Positions 1-13,591 are shown, counted from the stretch's first letter. The stretch: 64,000 nt of DNA from an uncultured Pasteurellaceae bacterium (GCA_963525745.1 CAURMH010000001.1:3793-67792); one strand, 5' to 3'. Made by a program: numbers and translations. The notes: generated by a model from the sequence alone, not told the origin.

Positions 1-843
1 TGCTTATACAATAAACTTTTTTCCGCCTTTTCGCCGACATAAAAAGCAATACTTTCTGCATATTCTTTAATTCGAATGAGAGAGTATCGATAATTAGCGT
101 TTAAACGTTCATTAATAAAATTCAGTTTGATCAGCGGACGTCCTAGCCAGAAAGCGATGAGCGTCGTGAAAATAACATAACCAAACACTAAAAACACCAT
201 CATGTGCGGTATCTCAAAATCGAATACGACCATCGGCCCGGCCAAGCCCCATAAAAGAATCGTATAAGACACCATGGATGTGACTGCGTCAATCACGCCG
301 GTACTGAGTCCAAGTGTAGTTTTAACGTAAGAAAGAATATCTTGTTGGATCCGTTGGTCAGGATTATCAAGATTAGCCGACATATATTGGGTTTTATAAT
401 AAGCGCGATGACTCATCCATTTATTGACTAATTCGTTATTCAGCCAATCGATCCAATCAATACAAAAACGTTGTTCTAAGTAATAGCTAATCAGCGAGGC
501 ACTAACGGCAAAGGCCGCGATAAAACAAAATAAAATCATCTGCTCCCAGAAGACGGGCTGATTAAATTCCTGTAATGACGTGTACATATTTTTGTACCAT
601 TCAGAATGTACTAAACTCAAACGTACGCTAAATAATGTCATGGTCACAATGAGCAAAAAAAATAAAATCGGTTTAACGCTACGTTTAAGCGTAAGATAAC
701 CGCCGGCGAACATCCAAAATTGAGTCCCCCAATGAGTAAAACGAACTAAAAGAAAAATCCCTAAGCTAAACGTTACCGTAGTGATGGCTAAGGTTTTTAA
801 AATCCACAGTAATGAAGTCACAACTTCTTGGCTATAATCCATC
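1..843 (-). CDS. SbmA/BacA-family (YddA-like) ABC transporter, N-terminal membrane domain; the 3' part runs off the window
   Basis: ATG at 843-841 and the frame stays open to base 1 (281 codons). It is absent from the ORF track because there is no stop in the window. Translation MDYSQEVVTSLLWILKTLAITT... has several hydrophobic helices and an NPDQRIQQDI motif like SbmA/YddA/ABCD-type membrane domains. Confidence 0.6.
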
Positions 844-914
844 GTTTTATTTCCTAAAGTGCGGTTGTAAATGCAGTAATTTATAAATATCAAAATCAGC
901 TAAGCACGATATCG

Positions 915-949
915 GAATAAAAAATGCGGTTAATTTTGACCGCACTTTT
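915..949 (-). terminator. Rho-independent terminator after fabH, built from an inverted USS pair
   Basis: On the minus strand: AAAAGTGCGGT-caaaatta-ACCGCATTTTTT. It lies 22 nt after the fabH stop, has one G-T wobble and is followed by a T-run. Confidence 0.6.
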
Positions 950-971
950 ATTGCTTTACCATCACACAAGT

Positions 972-1922
972 TTAATATCTGACTAAGGCCGAACCCCATG
1001 TCCAACCGCCGCCAAATGCTTCCAATAAAAGCAACTGTCCGCGCCGAATACGTCCGTCACGTACAGCTTCGTCTAATGCGACCGGAATTGTTGCCGCACT
1101 GTTATTGGCATAACGATCCAGTGTCACGACGACTTGTGACATATCCATATCAAGTTTCTTTGCCGTTGCCGTAATAATACGTAAATTTGCTTGGTGAGGA
1201 ACAAGCCAGTCGATCGCTTTTTTATCTAAATTATTTACTGCCAGCGTTTCTTCCACCACATTAGAAAGTTCTCTTACGGCAAGTTTGAATGTTTCATTCC
1301 CTTGCATTTCAATAAAACCCGATTTTTCGACACCGCGCTCGGGCTGCGGTAACACCAGGGCATTATGTTTATCTGCCGAAGCATGCAAATGCGTTGAAAT
1401 GATCCCTTCCTGTTTCGATGCTTCTAAAATCACGGCACCGGCACCATCACCGAATAACACGACCGTGCTACGATCGCTTTCGTCTAATTTACGGGAATTA
1501 AGATCGGAACCAATAACCAATGCTTTTTTTACTTTACCAGTACGAATAAATTGATCCGACACACTTAACGCATATACAAAGCCGGTACAGGCCGCCGCCA
1601 AATCAAAAGAAACGGCGTCATCAATGTCCAACAAACCTTGAATTTGGCAAGCCGCGCTCGGATAAGCATGAGAGTGACTGGTTGTTGCCACAAGAATAAG
1701 TTCAATCTCTTGCGGATCAAGGTTTGCCGATTGAATCGCCTTTTTAGCCGCTTCAAATCCCATTGTGGCCACTGTTTCATGTTCTGCCGCAATACGGCGT
1801 TCACGAATACCGGAACGGGTGACGATCCATTCATCTGACGTTTCAACCATTTTTTCCAAATCGGCATTAGTACGAATATGGCTTGGTAAATAACTACCGG
1901 TAGATAAAATTTTGCTATTCAT
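972..1922 (-). CDS. fabH: 3-oxoacyl-ACP synthase III
   Basis: Active-site motifs AAACTGF (Cys), VPHQANLRI (His) and NNSAATIP (Asn); length about 316 aa. The ATG at 1922 is preferred over the TTG at 1928. Confidence 0.95.
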   Translation of the reverse strand: MNSKILSTGSYLPSHIRTNADLEKMVETSDEWIVTRSGIRERRIAAEHETVATMGFEAAKKAIQSANLDPQEIELILVATTSHSHAYPSAACQIQGLLDIDDAVSFDLAAACTGFVYALSVSDQFIRTGKVKKALVIGSDLNSRKLDESDRSTVVLFGDGAGAVILEASKQEGIISTHLHASADKHNALVLPQPERGVEKSGFIEMQGNETFKLAVRELSNVVEETLAVNNLDKKAIDWLVPHQANLRIITATAKKLDMDMSQVVVTLDRYANNSAATIPVALDEAVRDGRIRRGQLLLLEAFGGGWTWGSALVRY

Positions 1923-1940
1923 AATCAATAAATTAAGTCA

Positions 1941-2960
1941 TTAATAACGTGCTAAACCGGTCAATATTTTTTCCGGAAGTTGCTGGCGAGCTTGAAAAGC
2001 GGCATCGGCAATGGCATGTGCAAAAGCGTTTATGTTAGCACTGCCATGGCTTTTCACCACAACAGCTTTCAAGCCGATAAGTGAGGCGCCATTATATTCA
2101 TCAGGATTAATGCGTTTCAAGCGCCGGTAAGCATTTTTAAACAAATGACGCATAATCCACGAGAAAATCGGTTTTAAATAACGTGACGTCGATTGCCCTT
2201 TAAGTAGGGTGAGCACATTTTTTGCCGCGCCTTCTAAGGTCTTTAATGCGACATTGCCTGCAAATCCATCACTGACAATCACATCAGCGTTGCCATTCAG
2301 CAACACGTCTCCTTCAATAAAACCGATATAATTAAGTGCGGTTGATTTTTCCAATAAATTTGCCGCCTCACGGATGGATTGATGTCCTTTGATTTCTTCC
2401 ACGCCGATATTCAATAACCCCACACGCGGATAAACCAAATTTAATCGATTTTCGGCAAAAATCGCCCCCATTATCGCGAATTGGTAAAGATTTTGAGCGC
2501 TGCATTCCACATTTGCGCCGAGATCCAGCATAACGGATTTTCCGCCGTCCATTGTCGGGATAAGCGAAATCAATGCGGGGCGAGCGATTCCTTTTAACGG
2601 CTGCAACAAAATTTTGGATAAGCCCATTAATGCGCCGGTATTGCCTGCACTCACACAGCCCTGCGCTTCGCCTCGCTGTACGGCTTCAAGTGCTAAACGC
2701 ATGGAAGTGCTTTTACTATGGCGTAGTGCGTACGAGATACCTTGGTTATTGTCAATCGTATAAGGACAATGTTTAACTTGAATTCGCTTTAAAAGGGCGT
2801 TTGGACAATTTTTAAGCAAAGGAAAAATTTGTTGGCTATCACCGAACAAAAGCAAAGACAGCATTGAATCTTTTTTCAATGCTAATAGGGCTGCGGGGAT
2901 AGTAATACGGGGACCAATGTCCCCGCCCATCACATCTAACGCTAAGGTTAGACGGGTCAA
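1941..2960 (-). CDS. plsX: Phosphate acyltransferase PlsX
   Basis: N-terminus MTRLTLALDVMGGDIGP matches the enterobacterial PlsX N-terminus. It sits between rpmF and fabH. TTG start. Confidence 0.93.
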   Translation of the reverse strand: MTRLTLALDVMGGDIGPRITIPAALLALKKDSMLSLLLFGDSQQIFPLLKNCPNALLKRIQVKHCPYTIDNNQGISYALRHSKSTSMRLALEAVQRGEAQGCVSAGNTGALMGLSKILLQPLKGIARPALISLIPTMDGGKSVMLDLGANVECSAQNLYQFAIMGAIFAENRLNLVYPRVGLLNIGVEEIKGHQSIREAANLLEKSTALNYIGFIEGDVLLNGNADVIVSDGFAGNVALKTLEGAAKNVLTLLKGQSTSRYLKPIFSWIMRHLFKNAYRRLKRINPDEYNGASLIGLKAVVVKSHGSANINAFAHAIADAAFQARQQLPEKILTGLARY

Positions 2961-2981
2961 GTGAATACCTATAAGTAAAAA

Positions 2982-3152
2982 TTACTTATTGATCACTTTG
3001 CGACCACGGTAGTAACCGTCAGCAGTTACGTGGTGGCGTAAGTGAGTTTCACCGCTTGCTTTATCCACTGATACTGCAGCAGTAGTTAATGCATCGTGTG
3101 AACGACGCATATCACGACGTGAACGAGATTTTTTGTTTTGTTGAACAGCCAT
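2982..3152 (-). CDS. rpmF: 50S ribosomal protein L32
   Basis: 56-aa ORF, below the ORF-track cutoff. Hand translation gives [56 protein letters not shown], near-identical in pattern to E. coli L32. Confidence 0.95.
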
Positions 3153-3174
3153 TGGCTATACTCCTAAATTTAAT

Positions 3175-3699
3175 TTACTTGTGCTTTAAATTAGCTAATA
3201 CAGCGAACGGGTTCGGTTTTTTTGCCAATTTTTCCGGCAATTCGCCAAAAACCTGTTCGTGCGCGGACACTTCACAGTGTTCAAATGAATGCATTGGAAC
3301 AAGCGGTAAAGCTAAAATTAATTCATCTTCCACCGTACCGAACAAATCTATTTCACCAAATTCATTAAATTCAATTGGCTCATAAATTTCGGGTAAACTC
3401 TCCGCCCGTGTCCAATCGGCAACGGGACTGTAGCAAAATTCAGACTTCAGTATCCGTTTCATTAATCCGCCGCAGCGTTGGCATTCCAATTCAACCTCAA
3501 CCTGCGCTAGACCTTTCATGACGACCAACTTTTGCGGGTCAATATAAAACGATAGCGTTACCTGAGCATCGCTAAGCACTTTTATAATAGACTCTGCCAA
3601 ACGCTCAAGCTGCGCTGCCGCATAATAGCCGACATAATCAAGCCGTCTTTGAGCATCTTTTACCGGATTGACGGTTAGGGGAAGTTTTACCTTTTGCAT
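3175..3699 (-). CDS. yceD: DUF177 protein YceD (large-subunit ribosomal RNA accumulation protein)
   Basis: 174 aa, acidic, with a CQRC motif. It lies immediately upstream of rpmF, as in E. coli. Confidence 0.85.
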   Translation of the reverse strand: MQKVKLPLTVNPVKDAQRRLDYVGYYAAAQLERLAESIIKVLSDAQVTLSFYIDPQKLVVMKGLAQVEVELECQRCGGLMKRILKSEFCYSPVADWTRAESLPEIYEPIEFNEFGEIDLFGTVEDELILALPLVPMHSFEHCEVSAHEQVFGELPEKLAKKPNPFAVLANLKHK

Positions 3700-3894
3700 A
3701 GGGCGTGAATATTACCTGTTGGAAATCAAATAGTCAAAGGGAAATCACACTTTTCCGCAATAAAAAACGCATTGAAAAACGACCGCACTTTTTAAATGCC
3801 GAAATACGGGCGGCGAATCATGAATTACATTGAGATCAAATGTAAAACAGAGTAAAGTAACCGACTTGTTAAATTGACTAAACGACCAAGTTAA

Positions 3895-5205
<1,311 letters not shown>

Positions 5206-5222
5206 TTGATTCGCTATCACCA

Positions 5223-5251
5223 AAAGCGTTGGGAAAACCAACGCTTTTTTT
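5223..5251 (+). terminator. Rho-independent terminator of purA
   Basis: AAAAGCGTTGG-gaaaa-CCAACGCTTTTTTT, 18 nt after the purA stop. Confidence 0.85.
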
Positions 5252-5373
5252 ACGACATAATGTCACCAATAAATAAACTGCGGCAGAGGGCATTTCTGAG
5301 TAGCATACCGAAACGTGCGTTTTTCAAATCGAGTGAAAAATTACTGAAACGCCTTTACGGCTTGCTTTTTTGC

Positions 5374-5419
5374 GCTGAAATTACGCCTCTTTCGACAAAC
5401 TCGGGATCGTAATTTCAGC
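5374..5419. other. Long-stem hairpin (12-bp perfect stem, 22-nt loop) between convergent purA and lipA
   Basis: GCTGAAATTACG (5374-5385) is the exact reverse complement of CGTAATTTCAGC (5408-5419). There is no clear T-run on either side. Confidence 0.7.
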
Positions 5420-5479
5420 TTTGTGCTAAGTATGTAATACGGTCGTTATTGCTTAACGTGCGGTCGATTTTCGGTATGG

Positions 5480-6442
5480 TTATTTTACTAAGCCGCCGCT
5501 GGCTTGTAGATCGGCATGGTAAGAAGAACGTACGAAAGGACCGCAGGCGGCGTGTTTAAACCCCATTGCTATCGCTTTTTCGCGGAATGCATCAAATTCT
5601 GCCGGCGGCACATAGCGCGCAACGGGTAAGTGGTGACGGCTGGGTTGTAGATATTGCCCGAGGGTAAGCATCGTTACGCCGTTTTCGCGTAAATCTTCCA
5701 TTACCTGTAAAATCTCTTCGTTCGTTTCCCCTAGACCGACCATTAAACCGGATTTCGTCGGAATATGCGGAAACATTTTTTTAAATTCATGCAACAATTT
5801 AAGCGACCATTGGTAATCGGCACCCGGGCGAATTTCGCGATATAAACGCGGTACATTTTCTAAATTATGATTAAATACATCCGGCGGATTATCTTTTAAT
5901 TTGTCTAACGCTAATTCAATACGCCCGCGAAAATCCGGCACTAAAATTTCAATTTTAATTTCCGGATTTAGTGCTCGAATCTCTCTGACACAGTCAACAA
6001 AATGCCCGGCGCCGCGATCGGCTAAATCATCGCGATCCACCGAGGTAATGACCACGTATTTTAATTTCATGTCCTGAATGGTTTCGGCTAATTGGCGCGG
6101 TTCTTCGGGATCCGGCGGAAGAGGTTTGCCGTGCGCCACGTCACAAAACGGACAACGGCGCGTACAAATCGCCCCTAAAATCATAAATGTTGCCGTTCCG
6201 TGACTGAAACATTCGTGCAAATTCGGGCAAGAAGCTTCTTCGCATACAGAATGTAAACCGTGACGCCGCATTCCGTCTTTAATACTTTTGATTTTAAGGG
6301 CATCTGATGAAATTTTAATTTTCATCCATTCCGGTTTTTTTAATCTCTCTTGATTCGGATCGATATTTTTTACCGGGATGACGGAGGTTTTTGCAGCATC
6401 GCGATATTTTACACCGCGTTCCATTTTGAAAGGCGTTGACAT
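5480..6442 (-). CDS. lipA: Lipoyl synthase (radical SAM)
   Basis: Cysteine motifs [12 protein letters not shown] and CTRRCPFC; 320 aa. Confidence 0.97.
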   Translation of the reverse strand: MSTPFKMERGVKYRDAAKTSVIPVKNIDPNQERLKKPEWMKIKISSDALKIKSIKDGMRRHGLHSVCEEASCPNLHECFSHGTATFMILGAICTRRCPFCDVAHGKPLPPDPEEPRQLAETIQDMKLKYVVITSVDRDDLADRGAGHFVDCVREIRALNPEIKIEILVPDFRGRIELALDKLKDNPPDVFNHNLENVPRLYREIRPGADYQWSLKLLHEFKKMFPHIPTKSGLMVGLGETNEEILQVMEDLRENGVTMLTLGQYLQPSRHHLPVARYVPPAEFDAFREKAIAMGFKHAACGPFVRSSYHADLQASGGLVK

Positions 6443-6451
6443 GATGGGTTC

Positions 6452-7105
6452 CTAAATAGCGGTTTTAATTTCGGCCGCATTATAATCTAAAAGGCGGGCA
6501 AAGTGACGAACTAATTGAGGGGCTACTTTTTCGCAGTTAGCCTCGCTTTTATCTATAAAGTCGGCCAATTGACACATTTCTAGGCCGGCATAACCGCACG
6601 GATTAATGTACTGAAAAGGCGTAAGATCCATATTAATATTAAACGCTAAGCCGTGGAACGAGCAACCGCGTCGAATGCGTAACCCTAACGAACAAATTTT
6701 CTTTCCTTGAACATACACGCCGGGGGCGTCCTGTCTAGCATATCCTTCAATATGATAATCCGCTAAGGTTCGAACTACGGATTGTTCAAGCGCGGTCACC
6801 AATTGGCGTACCGTCAAATTTTTATGGCGTTTTATATCAATCAGCACATACATCACTTGTTGACCGGGGCCGTGATACGTAATTTGTCCGCCGCGATCCG
6901 ATTGTACGATGGGGATTTCCCCGACTTTCAGCACGTGTTCCGGTTTTCCGGCTTGTCCTTGCGTAAAAACCGGGGGATGTTCGACCAGCCAAATTTCGTC
7001 TACCGTATCGGCGGTGCGATTATCGGTAAAGTGCTGCATTTGGTGCCAGGTATCCGAATAAGGCTGTATACCAAGCCGTCGTATAATCAAAGAAACGTTA
7101 TTCAT
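6452..7105 (-). CDS. lipB: Octanoyltransferase LipB
   Basis: 217 aa with [11 protein letters not shown] and NPCG motifs. It lies between ybeD and lipA. Confidence 0.93.
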   Translation of the reverse strand: MNNVSLIIRRLGIQPYSDTWHQMQHFTDNRTADTVDEIWLVEHPPVFTQGQAGKPEHVLKVGEIPIVQSDRGGQITYHGPGQQVMYVLIDIKRHKNLTVRQLVTALEQSVVRTLADYHIEGYARQDAPGVYVQGKKICSLGLRIRRGCSFHGLAFNINMDLTPFQYINPCGYAGLEMCQLADFIDKSEANCEKVAPQLVRHFARLLDYNAAEIKTAI

Positions 7106-7152
7106 AAAGCCAATTTGCCTAAAACTAAAATAAATAGGATTGAATGACCGGA

Positions 7153-7431
7153 TTAAATCACCATTTTTACGCCATCGACTTTGGCTAATTCCTTGTACAG
7201 CTGTTCAACTTGATCAAAATTTTCGGCAACAATGTCAATTGATACGGAGGTATAAGTTCCTTTGCTGCTTTTGGTTTCTCGCGGAGTATAATCGCCTTTA
7301 ATACACTTTTGCACGACGCCGATTAAATCTTCCACTAACCCGTCACGGGTTAGAGCGGCGACTTTAAAGGTCATCTCGGCAGGGAATTCCATCACTTCTT
7401 TCAAGTTTTTGTAATCGTTTTCTGTGGTCAT
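7153..7431 (-). CDS. ybeD: UPF0250/DUF493 protein YbeD
   Basis: 92 aa. FPAEMTFKV pattern and the conserved dacA-ybeD-lipB position. Confidence 0.85.
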   Translation of the reverse strand: MTTENDYKNLKEVMEFPAEMTFKVAALTRDGLVEDLIGVVQKCIKGDYTPRETKSSKGTYTSVSIDIVAENFDQVEQLYKELAKVDGVKMVI

Positions 7432-7505
7432 ATTTTTCTCATTTGGTCAAACTAATTTCTACTCGCCCCTTAAATTGAGCAAGTGCGGTCAAATTTCAAG
7501 GTGTT

Positions 7506-8705
7506 TTAAAATAAGCTTTTTAAGGTTAAAACGATCCAATCCCAAACTTTCCCGAAAACACCCGCCTCAGGAATTTCTTCCATTGCCTGTAAATTAAGCG
7601 CAGCTATATCTTTACCATCCAACTGATATATGATTTTTCCAACAATCTGACCTTTTGCCAACGGGGCTTCAAGGTGTTTTTCAGTCATAACATAACGCGC
7701 CTTTAAATCGGTTTGACGCCCCTTTGGAATGGTCACGAAGCCGTCTTGTAGAAGGCCTAATTTCGCTTCATTTTCAGTGCCGTAATATACCGGTTGTTCT
7801 AACACGGCTTTGCCGGCATCGAACGTTTTGAAGGTATCAAAATTAGCCAATCCCCATTGCAGCAACTTTTTACTTTCGACTTCCCGCCCTTTGTAAGTGG
7901 AGACGCCCATGACGACAGAAATCAGGCGCATATTATCCGGCGTAACGGCGGAAGCCACTAAGTTGTAACCGGCCTGGCTGGTATGCCCAGTTTTCATGCC
8001 GTCGACATGAATCGTTTTATCCCACAGCAAGCCGTTACGGTTAGGCTGCGTTATTTTATTGAATGTAAAGGATTTTTCGGCATATATTTTATATTCTTCC
8101 GGCAGATCGCGAATAATACGTGATCCGATAATGGCCATATCACGCGCCGAAGAATATTGGTTTGGTTCATCTAAACCGTGCGGTGTAGTAAAATTTGTAT
8201 TCTTCAGGCCAAATTGCGCAACATATTTATTCATTGTTGCGACAAAATTCGGCACGGTTCCGGAAATATGCTCCGCAATTGCGACGCAAGCGTCATTACC
8301 CGAAACTACAATAATGCCTCGATTTAAATCATCGACGGAAACCTGCTGATTTAAATTTAAAAACATTTTAGAGGAGTCCGGAAAATTTCTTCCCCATGCG
8401 CTCTCTCTGATCGTCACCATATCGGTATTGTGGATTTTTCCCTGCTTTAAGGCGGAACCGACGACATAACTTGTCATCATTTTGGTTAATGAGGCGGGAT
8501 ATTGACGCTGATCGGGATTAAGCGAGGCCAACACGGCGCCCGAATTGTAATCCATCAAAATATAGGTTTGTGCGTTGATCTGAGGAGGCGTAATGGCGTA
8601 TTGAAAGTCATCGGCATGGGTGAAAGAAGCGAGTCCGATGAGGGAGCTAAAAATAAAAAGCCGAGTTTTTTGCAAATGTTTTATAAGCATGATTTTTCCT
8701 ATCAT
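7506..8705 (-). CDS. dacA: D-alanyl-D-alanine carboxypeptidase (PBP5/6 class)
   Basis: Signal peptide plus SLTK (SxxK), SGND (SxN) and KTGHT (KTG) motifs. The start could instead be the internal Met at about 8690. Confidence 0.93.
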   Translation of the reverse strand: MIGKIMLIKHLQKTRLFIFSSLIGLASFTHADDFQYAITPPQINAQTYILMDYNSGAVLASLNPDQRQYPASLTKMMTSYVVGSALKQGKIHNTDMVTIRESAWGRNFPDSSKMFLNLNQQVSVDDLNRGIIVVSGNDACVAIAEHISGTVPNFVATMNKYVAQFGLKNTNFTTPHGLDEPNQYSSARDMAIIGSRIIRDLPEEYKIYAEKSFTFNKITQPNRNGLLWDKTIHVDGMKTGHTSQAGYNLVASAVTPDNMRLISVVMGVSTYKGREVESKKLLQWGLANFDTFKTFDAGKAVLEQPVYYGTENEAKLGLLQDGFVTIPKGRQTDLKARYVMTEKHLEAPLAKGQIVGKIIYQLDGKDIAALNLQAMEEIPEAGVFGKVWDWIVLTLKSLF

Positions 8706-8708
8706 AAA

Positions 8709-9569
8709 TTAATTTTTATCAGAATAAATAATAATCGATTTTCCGACCGCTCTTTTTTGTAACGTTGATTTTAGCTGATTCGCTTCCTTTTGGGTTTTCA
8801 CGGGACCAAAATAAATATCGTAATGTTTGTCGCTTTTGATAATTTTCGTTTTCACATTGGGTAACGTCAGTCGGGCAAGAAATTTATTCGCTTCGGTTTT
8901 GGATGAAAAACGAGGTATCTTTATTTTATATTCGTTTTTCTTCGCGACAACATGATTTTTCTTATCGGTCACCAGACGATGACTTGCGGCGGCAATTTTT
9001 GTGTGTTTGACGAGTGTTTTCGTGCCTACACCGGAAATTTTTCCGTCTTTGGCAACATGTAACGCTTCCACACGAACTTGCCCTAATCCATGGTGGAGCA
9101 GCCCAAGCTCTTTGGCCGCCGCACCGGAAACATCAATTACCCGTTTCGACAAAAATGGGCCGCGGTCATTAATTTTGACAATCACTTTACGATTGTTGCG
9201 TAAATTCGTTATAACGGCATAAGAGTTAAGCGGTAGGGTTTTATGCGCCGCCGTATAAAGGGCGGAATTATATACCTCGCCGCTGGCAGTTCGTCTACCG
9301 TTAAATTTGGCGTGGTAATAACTTGCAGTCCCCTCTTTGATATAATTTTTGGCTTCCTCACGATTTTTTGTCGTGTAGGTTGTTCCCTTTACGGTATAAG
9401 TGCCCGGCGAAGGGATATGCGCAAGCGGCGTTAAATTCGCGCCTTTGATGCCGTACATTTTTTGTGTTTCGGCCTGAATTGAGGGCGAAATCAATAAAAG
9501 ACAGGCCAAAAGTGCGGTCAATATTCGGTATACATTGTAAAATGAAATTTGATTAGCGATCATAAACAT
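8709..9569 (-). CDS. rlpA: Septal-ring lytic transglycosylase RlpA (DPBB domain plus C-terminal SPOR domain)
   Basis: Signal/lipobox-like LLAC, an ASYYHAKFNGRRTASGE DPBB core and a C-terminal SPOR-like segment. It lies between rodA and dacA. Confidence 0.9.
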   Translation of the reverse strand: MFMIANQISFYNVYRILTALLACLLLISPSIQAETQKMYGIKGANLTPLAHIPSPGTYTVKGTTYTTKNREEAKNYIKEGTASYYHAKFNGRRTASGEVYNSALYTAAHKTLPLNSYAVITNLRNNRKVIVKINDRGPFLSKRVIDVSGAAAKELGLLHHGLGQVRVEALHVAKDGKISGVGTKTLVKHTKIAAASHRLVTDKKNHVVAKKNEYKIKIPRFSSKTEANKFLARLTLPNVKTKIIKSDKHYDIYFGPVKTQKEANQLKSTLQKRAVGKSIIIYSDKN

Positions 9570-9614
9570 ACTTTGTGATAAAAAATTCGTTAGCTAAGAA
9601 CCTTAAAACGAAAA

Positions 9615-10730
9615 TTAGTTCCCCTTCATAAAACTTGTTCTATGGGTGTGAATTGACATCACCAAACCGAAGCTTGCCATAATGACGACATAGGAGGTGC
9701 CGCCATAACTGACCAGCGGCAACGGCACGCCGACGACAGGAAGAATTCCGCTGACCATGCCGATATTCACAAAGACATACACGAAAAAAATCAGCATTGT
9801 CGCACCGGCTAGAACTCGACCGAAAGCGGTTTGCGCATTGATGGCAATCATTAACCCGCGGATAATGATAAAAAGGTAAATGCCAAGTAAAATCAAAAAT
9901 CCGATCATGCCATGCTCTTCACTTAACACGGCAAAAATAAAATCCGTATGGGGTTCCGGTAAGAATTCAAGTTGGGACTGGGTTCCCTGCATCCAACCTT
10001 TGCCACTTAAGCCGCCTGAGCCAATAGCAATTTTTGATTGTAAAATATGATATCCTGCACCGAGCGGATCTTTTTCCGGATCTAACAGCGTTAATACGCG
10101 CGTGCGTTGGTAATCATGCATCAAATATAGCCACATAATCGGAATAAACGCCGCCAATCCGACAACAGCAATCAATATCAACCACCAGCTCATACCGGCT
10201 AAAAAGACTACAAATAGGCCGGAAGCACCGACCAAAATAGACGTTCCCAGATCGGGCTGAATAGCAACGAGTAAGGTAGGGGTTAAGATCATCGCAATGG
10301 CAATAAAGGTCTCGCTTAATTTAGGTGGTTGCGGACGATTCCCTAAATAAACCGCTACCATTAACGGTACTGCCAATTTGACGATTTCGGACGGTTGGAA
10401 ACGAATAAACCCGAGATCGAGCCAGCGTTGAGCGCCTTTACTTGTGGTGCCGATTAAATCCACCAGAATGAGCATAATTAAACCGATAAGGTAAAGATAG
10501 GGGGCTAACCGTTGATAAAATTTCGGCGGAAATTGCGCGGTAGCAAGCATGACAACAAACCCCAGCGAGACTTGAATAATACGATTACGAAACATCGTTT
10601 CGCTTGCTCCGGAGGCGCTGTAGAGCACAAACATACCAAATCCTGTGATCACAACAAGGCCAAGGAAAAGTGTCAAATCAATATGTAACCGTGTCCAAAG
10701 TCGTCGCCAAAAAGGAATTTTCTCTTCCAT
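9615..10730 (-). CDS. mrdB: Peptidoglycan glycosyltransferase RodA (SEDS family)
   Basis: 371-aa polytopic membrane protein with the SEDS pattern ([24 protein letters not shown]). Its ATG overlaps the mrdA stop. Confidence 0.95.
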   Translation of the reverse strand: MEEKIPFWRRLWTRLHIDLTLFLGLVVITGFGMFVLYSASGASETMFRNRIIQVSLGFVVMLATAQFPPKFYQRLAPYLYLIGLIMLILVDLIGTTSKGAQRWLDLGFIRFQPSEIVKLAVPLMVAVYLGNRPQPPKLSETFIAIAMILTPTLLVAIQPDLGTSILVGASGLFVVFLAGMSWWLILIAVVGLAAFIPIMWLYLMHDYQRTRVLTLLDPEKDPLGAGYHILQSKIAIGSGGLSGKGWMQGTQSQLEFLPEPHTDFIFAVLSEEHGMIGFLILLGIYLFIIIRGLMIAINAQTAFGRVLAGATMLIFFVYVFVNIGMVSGILPVVGVPLPLVSYGGTSYVVIMASFGLVMSIHTHRTSFMKGN

Positions 10731-12676
10731 TATTCTGTCTCCTCCGCCGGTTTATTGCTTTGCCGCCTTTCAGTTTTAGCTTGTTCCTGCTCAATCTTCG
10801 GTAAACGCTGAATAAAATAATAGTCCATAATATTGCGTACCAACGGCGCGGCATTACTTGAACCGCCGCCTGCGTTTTCTAAAATAACCGTTACAATTAA
10901 CTGCGGATTTTCATAAGGCGCAAAGGCGGTAAACCAGCCATGATCATGCAATTCTTTTTTTAAGCCGCTGGCGTCGTATTTTTCATTCTCTTTAAGACTA
11001 AAAACCTGAGCCGTCCCGGATTTCCCAGCAACATGATAAGGCGTGCCGGCAAAGGCTTTTCGCCCGGTTCCCGCTGCGGAATTAACCACATTAAACATGC
11101 CCCGTTTCGCAGCATCCCAATAAGCCTGTTTCGGCTCATTAATATCCGAATAAAGCAAAGGATCTTTATACGGCGCTATCGTTGCGCCTTCAATCATATT
11201 TAATAAATGGGGCGTATTTACTTTACCGTTATTCACCAGTATCGCAGTGGCTTTGGCAACCTGAAGAGGCGTTGCGGTCCAATAACCCTGACCGATACCG
11301 ACGGAAATGGTATCGCCTTGCACCCAAGGCTTTTTATAACGCTTCTGTTTCCACTCTCGTGTCGGCATATTAGCTGCCGTTTCTTCTTGAATTTCAATGC
11401 CGGTCGGCAAACCGAACCCAAAACGCTGCATCCAATCGGATAACCGATCAATGCCCATGTTATAGGCGATCTGATAGAAATAGGTATCGGCAGATTCTGT
11501 AATGGCCTTATTTAAATCCAAATAACCGTGGCCGCTTTTCTTCCAGTCTCGGAAGCGTTTTGTCGTATTCGGTAAAACCCAGTAGCCCGGGTCGAAAATG
11601 GTCGTGCTCGAGGTAATGACCTTTTCCTCTTGAGCCGCGACGGCAATAAAAGGTTTCACCGTTGACGCCGGCGGATAAATGCCCTGCACAGCACGGTTGT
11701 ATAGCGGACGAGCCGGATCATTTAACAAAGTGCGGTAGTTTTCCGCCGAGATTCCATCTACAAATAAATTATTGTCATAACTTGGCGTCGAAACCATGGC
11801 CAAAACACTGCTATCCTTCGGATCCAAAACAACAATCGCCCCTTTCTGCCCCGCCAGCAAATTGGTAATGTAGCGCTGTAATTCAAGATCGATGGTTAAA
11901 TGAATACTTTTTCCGTCGACCGCAGGCTCTTCGCGCAATTTACGAATGACTTTGCCGCGATTATTGATTTCAACTTCTTCAAAGCCCGTTGAACCGTGTA
12001 ATTGCTCTTCGTAGTAACGCTCTATGCCCAACTTTCCAATATCCGTTGTTCCCGCATAATTGGTGAATTTTTCCGCTTTTTTTAAACGCTCGACATCTTT
12101 ATCGTTAATTTTCCCTACATAGCCCAAAATGTGCGTCATCGGCTCGCCGTAAAGGTAATGGCGTTTAAAATAAGGGCGAATGTCAATGCTCGGGAAACGG
12201 TGCTGATTAACGGCGAAACGTGCCATTTGTTCTTCCGTTAAGTTAGCTTTTAGTAAAATAGGCGTATAGCGTGTGCTGCGTCGGCGCGCTTTCATAAACG
12301 CATCGATTTCTTGCTCCGTTAAGCCGACAATATCATTAAGTTCTTCAAAAGTGCGGTCTAAATTTTCGGTTTTTTCAGGCACGATATACAACCCGAAAAA
12401 CGTTAAGTTTTCAGCCAGTAACTGACCGTAGCGATCATAAATCAACCCGCGTGTCGGCGGTAGCGGCAGTAATTTAATGCGATTACCGTTGGAACGGGTT
12501 TGATACAAATTATGATTGGTTATTTGCAAATGAAAAAGATTGACGATTAAAACAGCACTTAAAATTAATACCCCTAAGAATGAAACTAAAGTGCGGCGCG
12601 CAAAAAGATTACGTTCCGATTTTTTATCCTGCAAGACATTGCTTGTCGGCGCCAAAAAAAGATGCTTTAGATTCAT
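10730..12676 (-). CDS. mrdA: Penicillin-binding protein 2 (elongasome transpeptidase)
   Basis: 648 aa with STVK, SAD and KSGT motifs and an N-terminal TM anchor. Confidence 0.95.
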   Translation of the reverse strand: MNLKHLFLAPTSNVLQDKKSERNLFARRTLVSFLGVLILSAVLIVNLFHLQITNHNLYQTRSNGNRIKLLPLPPTRGLIYDRYGQLLAENLTFFGLYIVPEKTENLDRTFEELNDIVGLTEQEIDAFMKARRRSTRYTPILLKANLTEEQMARFAVNQHRFPSIDIRPYFKRHYLYGEPMTHILGYVGKINDKDVERLKKAEKFTNYAGTTDIGKLGIERYYEEQLHGSTGFEEVEINNRGKVIRKLREEPAVDGKSIHLTIDLELQRYITNLLAGQKGAIVVLDPKDSSVLAMVSTPSYDNNLFVDGISAENYRTLLNDPARPLYNRAVQGIYPPASTVKPFIAVAAQEEKVITSSTTIFDPGYWVLPNTTKRFRDWKKSGHGYLDLNKAITESADTYFYQIAYNMGIDRLSDWMQRFGFGLPTGIEIQEETAANMPTREWKQKRYKKPWVQGDTISVGIGQGYWTATPLQVAKATAILVNNGKVNTPHLLNMIEGATIAPYKDPLLYSDINEPKQAYWDAAKRGMFNVVNSAAGTGRKAFAGTPYHVAGKSGTAQVFSLKENEKYDASGLKKELHDHGWFTAFAPYENPQLIVTVILENAGGGSSNAAPLVRNIMDYYFIQRLPKIEQEQAKTERRQSNKPAEETE

Positions 12677-12686
12677 GAAACCAGAT

Positions 12687-13154
12687 TTACTCTCGATGAT
12701 AAGGATGATTAACGGTTAACGACCAGGCGCGATATAAACTTTCCGCCACAATGATACGAACCAGCGGGTGAGGCAGCGTGAGCGGCGATAGCGACCAGCT
12801 TTCTTCTGCGGCAGACTTACATTCCGGCGACAATCCTTCCGGCCCGCCGATTAAAAGACAAATATCCCGTCCGTCATTTTTCCATTCGTCAAAGCGCCGA
12901 GCAAGCTGAGAGGTTGTTAACGGCCGGCCGGGAATGTCGAGTGAAATGATTTTGCTTTTGCCGCAGGCAGCGAGCATCGCCCGGCCTTCCTGTGCCAAAA
13001 TTCGCTGAATATCGGCATTTTTCCCGCGTTTTCCCGCTGCAATTTCAATTAATTCAAAAGGAATATCTTTGGGAAAACGGCGACGATATTCTTCGAAACC
13101 GATCATCACCCAATCGGGCATTTTTGTTCCTACGGCAACCAACGTTATTTTCAC
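12687..13154 (-). CDS. rlmH: 23S rRNA (pseudouridine1915-N3)-methyltransferase RlmH
   Basis: [15 protein letters not shown] matches the RlmH N-terminus. The GTG at 13154 is preceded by GGAGA 6 nt upstream and gives 155 aa. The longer track ORF overlaps rsfS. Confidence 0.9.
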   Translation of the reverse strand: MKITLVAVGTKMPDWVMIGFEEYRRRFPKDIPFELIEIAAGKRGKNADIQRILAQEGRAMLAACGKSKIISLDIPGRPLTTSQLARRFDEWKNDGRDICLLIGGPEGLSPECKSAAEESWSLSPLTLPHPLVRIIVAESLYRAWSLTVNHPYHRE

Positions 13155-13177
13155 AAACGGTCTCCAAAATGACTGGA

Positions 13178-13486
13178 TTAGCCCCAAAGTTTTTCCAACT
13201 GATACAACTCACGGGCTTCTCGCTGCATGATATGCACAATAGCCTGCCCTAGATCGACGACGATCCAATCGGCGGATTCTTTTCCTTCATGGCCAAAGGT
13301 TTCGATACCGGCTTTTTTACATTCGGCAATTAAATTTTCTGCCATGGCGGAAACCTGGCGGCTTGAAGTGCCCGTACAAACAATCATGCTGTCAGTCACG
13401 GAGGATTTCCCTTTCACATCAAAATGAAGAATATCCGTGCCCTTTAAATCATTTAGTTTTTCTAAAATAAACTCAACTAACGACAT
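13178..13486 (-). CDS. rsfS: Ribosomal silencing factor RsfS
   Basis: 102 aa with a [15 protein letters not shown] pattern, upstream of rlmH as in E. coli. Confidence 0.9.
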   Translation of the reverse strand: MSLVEFILEKLNDLKGTDILHFDVKGKSSVTDSMIVCTGTSSRQVSAMAENLIAECKKAGIETFGHEGKESADWIVVDLGQAIVHIMQREARELYQLEKLWG

Positions 13487-13591
13487 AATTATCCCTATTC
13501 AAAAAGTGACTGATTCTATCACTGAATAGCGCTAAGAACCAGTGCGCGCCTAAGATTTCGACAAAACGAAAAGGATTTGAACACTTTTTTC

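Noticed and set aside
5206-5412. 68-aa ORF directly after purA.
   Set aside because: It reads straight through the purA terminator hairpin, has no SD, and has a basic low-complexity translation.
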